DNA of 64,000 bases from the NCBI RefSeq assembly GCF_009914755.1, contig NC_060940.1. One strand, 5' to 3'. A model generated the notes under the pieces. That model saw only the letters and a list, made by a program, of their open reading frames with translations, was not told where the DNA came from and did not search any database. Below, piece after piece: positions 20,838 through 31,035 of the stretch (position 1 is the stretch's first letter; each line of letters begins with the position of its first letter). The translations under genes and the position numbers were made by a program. This DNA comes from the human T2T-CHM13v2.0 reference genome, Homo sapiens.

Positions 20838-23800
20838 CATTTCCAGTGGAGAAACTGTTAATATTTCATGAGGTTGTGGTTAAGCCAAGAACTGAATTCT
20901 CAGCCAAGGAAATCAAATTTTAAAACCCCAGGGGAAGTCAATACATAGGCATTGACAAGACTCTTTAATACTCTCTCTAAAATTACTCTATTCGACAACA
21001 CTCCAACTTCTTTTGCTTTAAGCACTTTTCACCCAGGCATTTGAGCCTTCCTACACAGCATGGTGTGTGCACCCTTAGTGATGTCACAGTCCCCTCCTTA
21101 AGCTGGACCCAACTGGAAATATGTAAGGCTGTCCAGCATGGGTGGGGGCGGTATCCATCTCAGTCAACTCTCCATACTCCCATCTAGAAGGCACATCCTG
21201 GGGGAGAGGAGACAGCTCAAAATGGGGAACTGGAAAATGCAAGGATGAAGGAAGTGTTTGTGGGGAGAGGGACTGCTCTTTGCTCCCAGGCAATTCTGTT
21301 TTATGCATTGTTTTTACACAGCTTCGTAGCTCATCGAAATACAATGGCTGGTAACAGCTCTGGCTTACAGCAGGTCACAAGAGCCCACGATCATTTCCAC
21401 TGAACAGATGAAGAAACTGAGGCCTGGAAAGGTTAAACCACCTTGCCCCAAGAGGACACAGCTAGCTAGAGGCAGTATCGAGATTCAGATTTAACTGCTG
21501 AATGTTGTGCACGGATGGCTAGCAAGGGTCTCATTCCCCCAGGGTCAGCGGGGAGTCAGCTAGGCTGTAGCCTACCCTGGACTTGGTGCCAAACAGCCCC
21601 AGCATCCTGCTTACCCCAAGTCCCTGAAGGTCCCAGAGACACTGGGTGAAGTGGTCCCAATGAACAAATGCCAGGCATCCACTTGAAATGATTTGGTGCT
21701 TAAAGTTACGTTTGGTTGTATGCTGTGTTCTGCAAACTCACAGTCTTTTTAAACAAAACGAGAACAGAATTAAAGCTCTCTGTGAAGATCTAGCTTGGGT
21801 GGAGCTGAAAGTTTTTCTCTTTCTGTGTACTCATTTAGAATCCTCTCTCCCAGCTGACGAGGGCATGTCTGTTTGACCCAGTTGCAAAGCAAGGGGCTGT
21901 GTATGTGGCTCTCACACCTTCCCAGGGCTGGAGGAGGTGATTGCTGGGTATCCTGGTTGTAAATGTAAACGGGGGTGTTTTGCTTTGTAAAGTCACTGGC
22001 TTAATTACACCGATGAGAACTTGAAAGCAAGCCTTGCCCCAGAGAACTGCAAATGCCGATTTAACCTCAATACAGAAACTAGAAAGTTTCCACCAGCTCA
22101 CTCTAATTATTTAACATCCACCAGCATCCCAGGAATTGTGCTCCTTGCTTCCGTAATTAGAGCGATTATGGTGGCCAGTTACGCAAAGCATTTTGAAATA
22201 TAGGAATTTAAGTATGAACAAGACTATGGCAAATTTTATTATAATTTCATGTGGTTCTTACTACCTGGCTCCAGAAAGAGGAAAAAGGTAGGTGTAAGGG
22301 TTTCTATTTATTATTATTACATACTTTCCTTATCTTATGTGTTATTGTTGTTGAGATATAAGCAGAAACTATTTATTGTGTAGGTCTTCCAAGAAAATAT
22401 CTCAAAGAGTTGACTCATCTGATAAGCCTGACTTTTATCTTTCTCCTCCCATTACCACTTTTTTTCTGCCTGGAATGTGGATGCAATGGATGGAGCTCCA
22501 GCAGCCTTCTTGGACCATGAGATCTTAAAGAAAGAAGCTTGCAAAGTGGAACAGAAAGACTTCACGAGGCCTTCATGGAGCTAAATCCAGATCCCTCATT
22601 TCTTATGTTATTTTAATATGGAAAAAGAAATGGTGTTCCAGAGACAAACAGCTTGAGTTTAAATCCTGAGTCTGCTACCTCTTACACCAGTTGCTGGTAA
22701 CCTTAGGCAAGTATTGTAAACTCTCCTGCATCTCAGTTTCCTTCTCTATAATATGAAGATAAAAATATTACTAACCTTATGTGGTTGTTATGAGAATTAA
22801 ACACACACATGTATAAGTAATAAAAAGCACTATATACATACTTATTAAACTAAATACAACAAACACCCGCAGTGGGGACCTGCAGAGACCATCAGATAGC
22901 TCTTTTCTCTTAGACTCTGACACATCTCTGCTTCATTGTGTTTTGTTCTGAGCCTGGTTTTCCATCTTTGTGGTTGGTTGTTGAGCTATCCAGTGCAGTA
23001 AATTCCATTTCCCAGTGTTAATGATGCACACAGACCCTACCCAGCACAGCCCTAAGCTGGACTGCTGGCTCTGTGTCACTGCAGCCTATCAGGACTGTGA
23101 GACCAAGAGGAGGAATCTTGCCTCTGTCATCATCAGGATGAGAGTGTCCATTGCCCGTAGGTCCTTCCACAGTGCCCAAGCATGGAGACTTGCTTGTAGA
23201 TGTCTGGTGAGATGAGTTCCTTACAATGCCCAGCCTGGCTGAGCAGGGTCTCCACACTCCCCAGCATGGAGAGCCCCCACCTGAGACAAACAGTTGGCCC
23301 CTACCAGAACCCCCTTTCCAATGTCAGCTAAAAGTGACTTCTCACAAAATCCCTGCATTTATTCCTCACAGCCAAGCATCCTGGCCAGCTGGGCAGGTCT
23401 CCTTTTGCTAAGAACAAAACCCTCCCGAAGACTCCAGGACCTGGAGCTGGGCAAATTCCAGGGAAGGTTATTTCCATGACATTCCCTGAGTTTCACATGG
23501 GATGGTTGTAACTGTGAAAGTCGCCAGGAGGCTGTAGGTACTTCATTTTTGCTTACTTCTTAGGAGCATCTTACTTGGAAGGCTGGTCTGAGGGAAGCCT
23601 TTGTGCCTGAGATAGGTGGCCAGATTGTTTGGGGACTGTTTTAATTTCGGTCCTCTCCCAAGAGATGCAGAGGAACCGAGTTTGTTTAGCTGACGATCCC
23701 AGGAGTCAGTGAATGGGTGAGGAAGAGAAATGAGGACAGAGGGCAATTGATAGTGAGCAGTCATTGGCCTACTTACCAAGTGGGCACTGAGCTCAACCCT

Positions 23801-24979
23801 GCTTGAAACCCTGGGAGCCAGTGTAGACAGATGCTCAGAGTTCCCCAGGAGACACAGCTGCAATACACCAACTCTGGGTGGTCGTTGCTCAAAGATTGCT
23901 GGTGCCTACGTGTGCATGTGCATGCATGTGTGCATGCGTGAACTCCCAGGAACTCAAGCTTGCTGTGCAGGTGGCAAAATCCAGAGGCAGCCCCATGCAA
24001 AGAAAAGCAGGTGCTGGCCATTTGAGCTGGGCAGGCCAACTGTCACAGTGAGGCTGCGGTGGTCCCTTACCCCCTGCCCTCTGTTCTTACCTCTGACCAG
24101 GTCCCCAGCTGATCTCCCAAGCAAGGCCACATCTCTCCCACAGAGAAGCCCAGCCTTACAGAGGGCAGGTGCGTAGGGAGGCACCATGAGACCTGCACAT
24201 TCTAATTTGGAAGCGCTAGCCTGCCATTTTATGAAACTACAGCAACAGCAGTGGGTAAATTTAAGGTCCACAGTTGGCAAAAACAAAAGCAAAAGTCTGA
24301 CAACTCTAGTCAGCTCCCCCAAGTTATTTCTTTTTCAGTTTGAAGGGAACTTGTCATGATTTGTAAAATCCCAAAGTCTGGAACCCAGAGCTCCAGGTGG
24401 TTGAGCATTCCCTTCCAGCCCACAATTCTGTTCCCGCCGCACAGCACCTCCCATGCTCCTCTCTTTCAAAGACGTAATCTGGCATCTTTTTCCCCTGGAA
24501 AAGGCCATGTCCCCTCTCTGTGTATGTTCTATGCCTGTGCCCGTTCTGGGGTTGTTTGGCCACAGTCCTGTCTCTTTAGTTGGCTGTGTGGATGCTCCCA
24601 GAGGGAGGAGGCAGAGACTTGATCTCTCTCTGTATAAGCAGTGGCAGGTGCAATGCTGCCAATGGACAATGCAGGCAATACCAGTTTCTGGCATAAATGA
24701 ACGAATGAATGAATGAAGCACGTGTGCACCTTAGATTCATATCCTCAGGTGGGCCCTCTGCAGAACAAGATGCTGAGAACCCAGAGGGTGGGAACATTAC
24801 TTGGTCCATTTCAGACTGCCTTGAGTGGATGAGGAAACTTGCCTGGCGTCTGGGGATCCTTGCTAGGTTTTTCCTGAATTGAATTATCTGATGTTTGTTT
24901 GCATTATCATTAGGACCAAGTATAGCTGAGTATATATGAGAAATGTCTACATGAAAATCTATGAAACAGGAATACAGTT

Positions 24980-25092
24980 CTATTTTTTTGAAGTATTTTT
25001 TAGCCAGTCAAATTTAGCAGTGAAGGATTGTATACCAACTTTAGTGACACTAATGTTAATAAATTCTGAAATCTACTGCCACTGGACCAGCC
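24980..25092 (-). pseudogene. Y RNA (hY4/RNY4) retropseudogene
   Basis: Reverse complement reads GGCTGGTCC...ATTAACATTAGTGTCACTAAAGTTGGTATACAA...CTGCTAAATTTGACTGGCT, the hY4 sequence; A-rich tail; 12-bp TSD aggaatacagtt at 24968-24979 and 25093-25104. Confidence 0.93.
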
Positions 25093-25141
25093 AGGAATAC
25101 AGTTTTAAATGACTGTCTAATGACAGCATCCTACAGATGTA

Positions 25142-25632
25142 CCTGTACATCGACAAACATTGTTATGCATAGTGCACGTATTATCATGCATCTCATATAC
25201 ATTATAATGAATATGTAATAATTATTGTAACTTAATAATAGATATATGCGACAATATTAATTATAACTTACATTGATCCGTTGCCTATTATGACTTGCAG
25301 GTTAGGGGCTCAGGTACAGAGATGATATACAAATCCCAGCTCTGCCACCTTGAATACATGACTTCCTCACTCTGGGCCTCCGTGTCGCCACCTATAAAAT
25401 GGAGATGATAATATTAGCATCCAATACATAGGGCTAGAGAAGTCTTATATATGGAGACAGAAGTAAAGTGCGTAGCATTTAATAGGGAACCAATCAATGT
25501 AAGTTATAATTAATATTGTGACATAATTAGTCAATGTGTTATAATAATTATTGCATATTATATGCATTATAATGCATATGAGATACAGTATAATATATGC
25601 ACTATGCATAACAATGTTAGTTGATGTACAGG
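25142..25632. repeat. Long imperfect inverted repeat (~150-bp arms) enclosing a MIR fragment
   Basis: 25142-25290 is the reverse complement of 25480-25632, with perfect 27-bp and 21-bp blocks. Confidence 0.9.
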
Positions 25633-26164
25633 ATTTTCATAACATCCTTATCCTTTGTTAATTATTTTCCTATTAAAATAATCATATTCAGGCTTTTCAA
25701 AGAACTGAAAGTATTTTTCTCATATAATCTTCCAACATATTCGCCATGTATATTAATTACTTAAACATGCTTTTTTCCCCTTCGGAAAGTATACTTTCTT
25801 AATAATGATTAAATGTGCTGCAATTAATTTGGCAAAATATAGAATTGCAGAACTTAAAAACCAGGAGTGACCTTGGTGATCGTTGAGTCAGAAAGGATTT
25901 GACACGGAGCTCATTGTGGACGGATCTGGATATCATCCTTATTTATTTATTCATTAGAGAAAACATGTTTCCATCATCCTCTAACTTGGCCTAATTCCCT
26001 AATATGTGCATATTTCTATGCACTAGTTCAAACAGTAGCTTGGTACTGGCCACTGAAAGAGAATAAAGGAGACAGCTGGCTGATGAAGAACTGGCATCAA
26101 ATGTTCAACAGCACTGATGTAAAGTGGCTTACTCCCCTGATGGTCACTGGCATCAGGGAGAAGG

Positions 26165-26857
26165 TGTATTAGTCCATTTTCACATTGCTCTAAAAAAATA
26201 CCTGAGACTGGGTAATTTATAAAGAAAAGAGGTTTACTTGATTCACAGTTCTGCATGGCTGGGAGGTCTCAGGAAACTTACAATCATGAAGGGCAAAGGG
26301 GAAGCAAGGCACATCTTACATGGTGGCAGGAGAGAGAGAAAGTGCAGGAAAAACTGCCACTTTTGTTTGTTTGTTTTTTGAGACAGAGTTTGTTTTTTGA
26401 GACAGGCAACAGTTTCTTGTTGCCCAGGCTGGAGTTCAATGATGTGATTTCGGCTCACCGCAACCTTCACCTCCTGGGTTCAAGCAGTTTTCCTGCCTCA
26501 GTCTCCTGAGTAGCTGGGATTACACGCATGCACCAGCATGCCTGGCTAATTTTGTATTTTTAGTAGAGATGGGGTTTCTCCATGTTAGTCAGGCTGGTCT
26601 CGAACTCTGGACCTCAGGTGATCTGCCCACCTCGGCCTCCCAAAGTGCTGGGATTACAGGCGTCAGCCACTGCACCTGGACAAAACTGCCACTTTTTAAA
26701 ACATCAGATCTCATGAGAACTCCCTCACTGTAACAAGAACGGCATGGGGGAAACAGCACCCATGATCCAATTGCCTCTCACCAGGTCCCTCCCTTGACAT
26801 GTGGGGATTACCATTTGAGATGAGATTTGGGTGGGGACACAGAGCCAAACCACAGCA
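26165..26857 (-). mobile_element. MSTA/MSTB MaLR solo LTR, split by an Alu
   Basis: tgtattagtcc...gagatttgggtggggacacagagccaaacc; MST motifs on both sides of the Alu. Confidence 0.9.
26365..26681 (-). mobile_element. AluS nested in the MST LTR
   Basis: Alu reverse complement; TSD aaaactgccactttt on both sides. Confidence 0.95.
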
Positions 26858-27663
26858 ACAGGAGACTTTGGTGAGTATCTGTGTGCATGGGTGGGGAGGT
26901 GAGGAGAGTGAATTTGAAAAACAATCATCACTGCTGATCTGCTCAGAGCAACATTCAGAGGCAGTTGAATTCTGTTCAGATGCAAAAGAGAGCTGAATGC
27001 ACATTCCACCAGCCACGTGCACCTGCTTCGGTGTGAAACAGATTTCATAGCTGGTGAACCAAGCAGAGGGTTGCCAGCTGCAGGCGCATGGCATTCCAAG
27101 CTCCAGAAACTGGCTCATTCAGAACAGGGGTTGGGGTGCAGTGATTGCTTTTCATTTCACTTTTTTGTAAGATCTTATTGCTGTTTCATTTCATGCTCAG
27201 ATAGCAGCTATTCAAATAAGTAAATATGTAAGTGGAGACAGGGTGTTGCCTCTACGTCCCCAGCCTGGAGACCAGATCCCCAGCTGCTCTCCCCAGTAAG
27301 GCCATGTCTCCCCATAGAGAAGCCCAGAACAGCCACTGAAGGCTCCAAACAGAGACTGAGAAGTCAAATGACCAGGGCCACTTGACCAGAACATGAGGGG
27401 CCAGAGCTCCATCTGAGAGTTCCATTGCTCTATTTGCACATTCAGGCTCTCCCTAAATTGCCAGTTGCAGAAATTAACTTCAAGCTCATGTCCCCAGATC
27501 AAATGGTCTCCAGGACAGGAGACAATCATGCCTGCTGGGAAAGGAGCACACAAGTGCCACCAGCCCCCTTGGGTTGGCACTAAATTTAAGAAGGCGTCCT
27601 ATACCCATTTTACAGATGCTGAAATGAAGACTCCCCAAGGTTAAGTGGCTCTCTTGAGACGAC

Positions 27664-28104
27664 TGTCAGGCCTCTGAGCCCAGGCCAGGCCATCGCATCC
27701 CCTGTGACTTGCACGCATACATCCAGATGGCCTGAAGTAACTGAAGATCCACAAAAGAAGTAAAAACAGCCTTAACTGATGACATTCCACCATTGTGATT
27801 TGTTCCTGCCCCACCCTAGCTGATCAATGTACTTTGTAATCTCCCCCACCCTTAAGAAGGTTCTTTGTAATTCTCCCCACCCTTGAGAATGTACTTTGTG
27901 AGATCCACCCCTGCCCAGCAGAGAACAACCCCCTTTGACTGTAATTTTCCATTACCTTCCCAAATCCTATAAAATGGCCCCACCCCTATCTCCCTTCCCT
28001 GACTCTCTTTTCCGACGCAGCCCGCCTGCGCCCAGGTGAAATACACAGCCATGTTGCTCACACAAAGCCTGTTTGGTGGGCTCTTCACACGGACACGTAT
28101 GCAA
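27664..28104 (+). promoter_or_regulatory. 5' LTR, LTR7B-type
   Basis: tgtcaggcctctgagccc start; type-II repeats tactttgtaatctcccccaccctt; TATA box at 27968-27974; polyA signal mutated to AATACA. Confidence 0.88.
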
Positions 28105-28106
28105 TT

Positions 28107-28124
28107 TGGTGCCGTGACTCGGAT
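28107..28124 (+). other. Primer-binding site, tRNA-His
   Basis: TGGTGCCGTGACTCGGAT is the 18-nt complement of the tRNA-His 3' end. Confidence 0.95.
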
Positions 28125-28295
28125 CGGGGGACCTCCCTTGGGAGATCAATCCCCTGTCCTCCTGCTCTTTGCTCCGTGGGAAAGATCCACCTATGACCTC
28201 AGGTCCTCAGACCGACCAGCCCAAGAAACATCTCACCAATTTCAAATCCGGTAAGCGGCCTCTTTTTACTCTCTTCTCCAACCTCCCTCACTATA

Positions 28296-28885
28296 CCCTT
28301 AGCGGCAAGTCCCGCTTTCCTGGGGCAGGGGCAGGTACCCCTCAACCCCTTCTCCTTCACCCTCAGCGGCAAGTCCCGCTTTCCTGGGGCAGGGGCAGGT
28401 ACCCCTCAACCCCTTCTCCTTCACCCTCAGCGGCAAGTCCCGCTTTCCTGGGGCAGGGGCAGGTACCCCTCAACCCCTTCTCCTTCACCCTCAGCGGCAA
28501 GTCCCGCTTTCCTGGGGCAGGTACCCCTCAACCCCTTCTCCTTCACCCTCAGCGGCAAGTCCCGCTTTCCTGGGGCAGGGGCAGGTGCCCCTCAACCCCT
28601 TCTCCTTCACCCTCAGCGGCAAGTCCCGCTTTCCTGGGGCAGGGGCAGGTGCCCCTCAACCCCTTCTCCTTCACCCTCAGCGGCAAGTCCCGCTTTCCTG
28701 GGGCAGGGGCAGGTGCCCCTCGACCCCTTCTCCTTCACCCTCAGCGGCAAGTCCCGCTTTCCTGGGGCAGGGGCAGGTACCCCTCGACCCCTTCTCCTTC
28801 ACCCTCAGCGGCAAGTCCCGCTTTCCTGGGGCAGGACTTGCCGCTTTCCTGGGGTAGGGACAAGTACCCCTGAACCCCTTCTCCA
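28296..28885 (+). repeat. 64-bp tandem array (about 9 copies) in the HERV-H leader
   Basis: agcggcaagt recurs at 28301, 28365, 28429, 28493, 28551, 28615, 28679, 28743 and 28807. Confidence 0.97.
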
Positions 28886-29990
28886 CATTACCTGCTTTTC
28901 AAGGGCCTGTTTCCCTTGCCTCCATAACTGTTGTGGGTATTGACAGCCAGGCTTCTAAACCTCTTAAAACTCCCCCACTCTGGTGCCAACTTGGACGACA
29001 CTCTTTTATGCACTCTTTTTTAGTTATCCCCACCTGCCCAGTTCCCTTATTAGGCCGAGATATTTTAACCAAATTATCTGCTTCCCTGACTATTCCTGGA
29101 CTACAGCTGCAACTCATTGCTGCCCTTCTCGCTAACCCAAAGCCTCCTTCGCGTCTTTCTTTCATATCCCCCCACCTTAACCCACAAGTATGGGACATCT
29201 CTACTCCTTCCCTGGCAACTGATCACATGCCCATTACCATCCCGTTAAAACCTAATCACCCTTACCCCACTCAACGCCAGTATCCCATCCCACAGCATGC
29301 TTTAAAAGGATTAAAGCCTGTTATCACTCGCCTGCTACAGCATGGGCTTCTAAAACCTATAAACTCTCCTTACCATTCCCCCATTTTACCTGTCCTAAAA
29401 CCAGACAGGGCTTACAGATTAGTTCAGGATCTGCGCCTTATCAACCAAATTGTTTTGCCTCTCCACCCCGTGGTGCCAAACCCATATACTCTCCTATCCT
29501 CAATACCTGCCTCTACAACCCATTATTCTGTTCTGGATCTCAAACATGCTTTCTTTACTATTCCTTTGCACCCTTCATCCCAGCCTCTCTTTGCTTTCAC
29601 TTAGACTGACCCTGACACCCATTAGGCTCAGCAAATTACCTAGGCTGTACTGCTGCAAAGCTTCACAGACAGCCCCCATTACTTCAATCAAGCCCAAATT
29701 TCTTCCTCATCTGTTACCTATCTCGGCATAATTCTCATAAAAACACACGTGCTCTCCCTGCCAATCGTGTCCGACTGATCTCTCAAACCCCGGCACCTTT
29801 CTACAAAACAATAACTCCTTTCCTTCCTAGGCATGGTTAGCGTGGTCGTAATTCTTACACAAGAGCCAGGACCACACTCTGTAGCCTTTCTGTCCAAACA
29901 ACTTGACCTTACTGTTTTAGCCTAGCCCTCATGTCTGCGTGCAGCGGCTGCTGCTGCTTTAATACTTTTAGAGGCCCTCAAAATCACAAA
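28886..29990 (+). pseudogene. HERV-H protease C-terminus / reverse transcriptase remnant
   Basis: PVPLLGRDIL, QYPIP, YRLVQDLRLIN, VLDLKHAFF motifs; stop codons follow; catalytic YxDD region not seen. Confidence 0.9.
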
Positions 29991-30434
29991 CTTTATCAGT
30001 CCTCCAGGCCCAAGTTGACTCTTCAGCTGCAGTTGTCCTCCAGAACCGCCGAGGACTTGACTGACTTACTGCTGAAAAAGGAGGACTCTGCATATTCTTA
30101 AATGAGGAGTGTTGTTTTTACCTAAATGCATCTGGCCTGGTGTATGACAACATAAAAAAAACTCAAGGATAGAGCCCAAAAACTTGCCAACCAAGCAAGT
30201 AATTACGCTGAACCCCCTTGGGCACTCTCTAATTGGATGTCCTGGGTCCTCCCAATTCTTAGTCCTTTAATACCCATTTTTCTCCTCCTTTTATTCGGAC
30301 CTTGTATCTTCCGTTTAGCTTCTCAATTCATCCAAAACCGTATCCAGGCCATCACCAATCATTCTATACGACAAATGTTTCTTCTAACATCCCCACAATA
30401 TCACCCCTTACCACAAGACCTCCCTTCAGCTTAA
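29991..30434 (+). pseudogene. HERV-H env transmembrane-subunit remnant
   Basis: Reads [29 protein letters not shown] (ISD plus CX6CC), then TM/tail LSPLIPIFLLLLFGPCIF...QDLPSA. Confidence 0.88.
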
Positions 30435-30596
30435 TCTCTCCCACTCTAGGTTCCCACGCCGCCCCTAATCCCGCTCGAAGCAGCCCTGAGAAACATCACC
30501 CGTTCTCTCTCCATACCACCCCCCAAAAATTTCCGCCGCTCCAACACTTCAACGCTATTTTGTTTTATTTGTCTTATTAATATAAGAAGGCAGGAA

Positions 30597-31035
30597 TGTC
30601 AGGCCTCTGAGCCCAGGCCAGGCCATCACATCCCGTGACTTGCACGCATACATCCAGATGGCCTGAAGTAACTGAAGATCCACAAAAGAAGTAAAAACAG
30701 CCTTAACTGATGACATTCCACCATTGTGATTTGTTCCTGCCCCACCCTAACTGATCAATGTACTTTGTAATCTCCCCCACCCTTAAGAAGGTTCTTTGTA
30801 ATTCTCCCCACCCTTGAGAATGTACTTTGTGAGATCCACCCCTGCCCAGCAGAGAACAACCCCCTTTGACTGTAATTTTCCATTACCTTCCCAAATCCTA
30901 TAAAACGGCCCAACCCCTATCTCCCTTCCCTGACTCTCTTTTCGGACGCAGCCCGCCTGCGCCCAGGTGAAATAAACAGCCATGTTGCTCACACAAAGCC
31001 TGTTTGGTGGGCTCTTCACACGGACGCGCATGAAA
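30597..31035 (+). promoter_or_regulatory. 3' LTR, LTR7B-type
   Basis: About 98% identical to the 5' LTR by manual comparison; intact AATAAA at 30971-30976. Confidence 0.9.

Larger units (their letters stand above)
27664..31035 (+). mobile_element. HERV-H provirus, internally deleted (3.37 kb), two LTRs
   Basis: Paired LTRs, tRNA-His PBS, pro/pol and env-TM remnants, PPT aagaaggcaggaa at 30584-30596, 5-bp TSD acgac/atgac. Confidence 0.96.

Noticed and set aside
28296-28885. Regular repeat array as a CRISPR-like locus
   Set aside because: Units are head-to-tail with no unique spacers, there are no cas genes, and the context is a primate endogenous retrovirus
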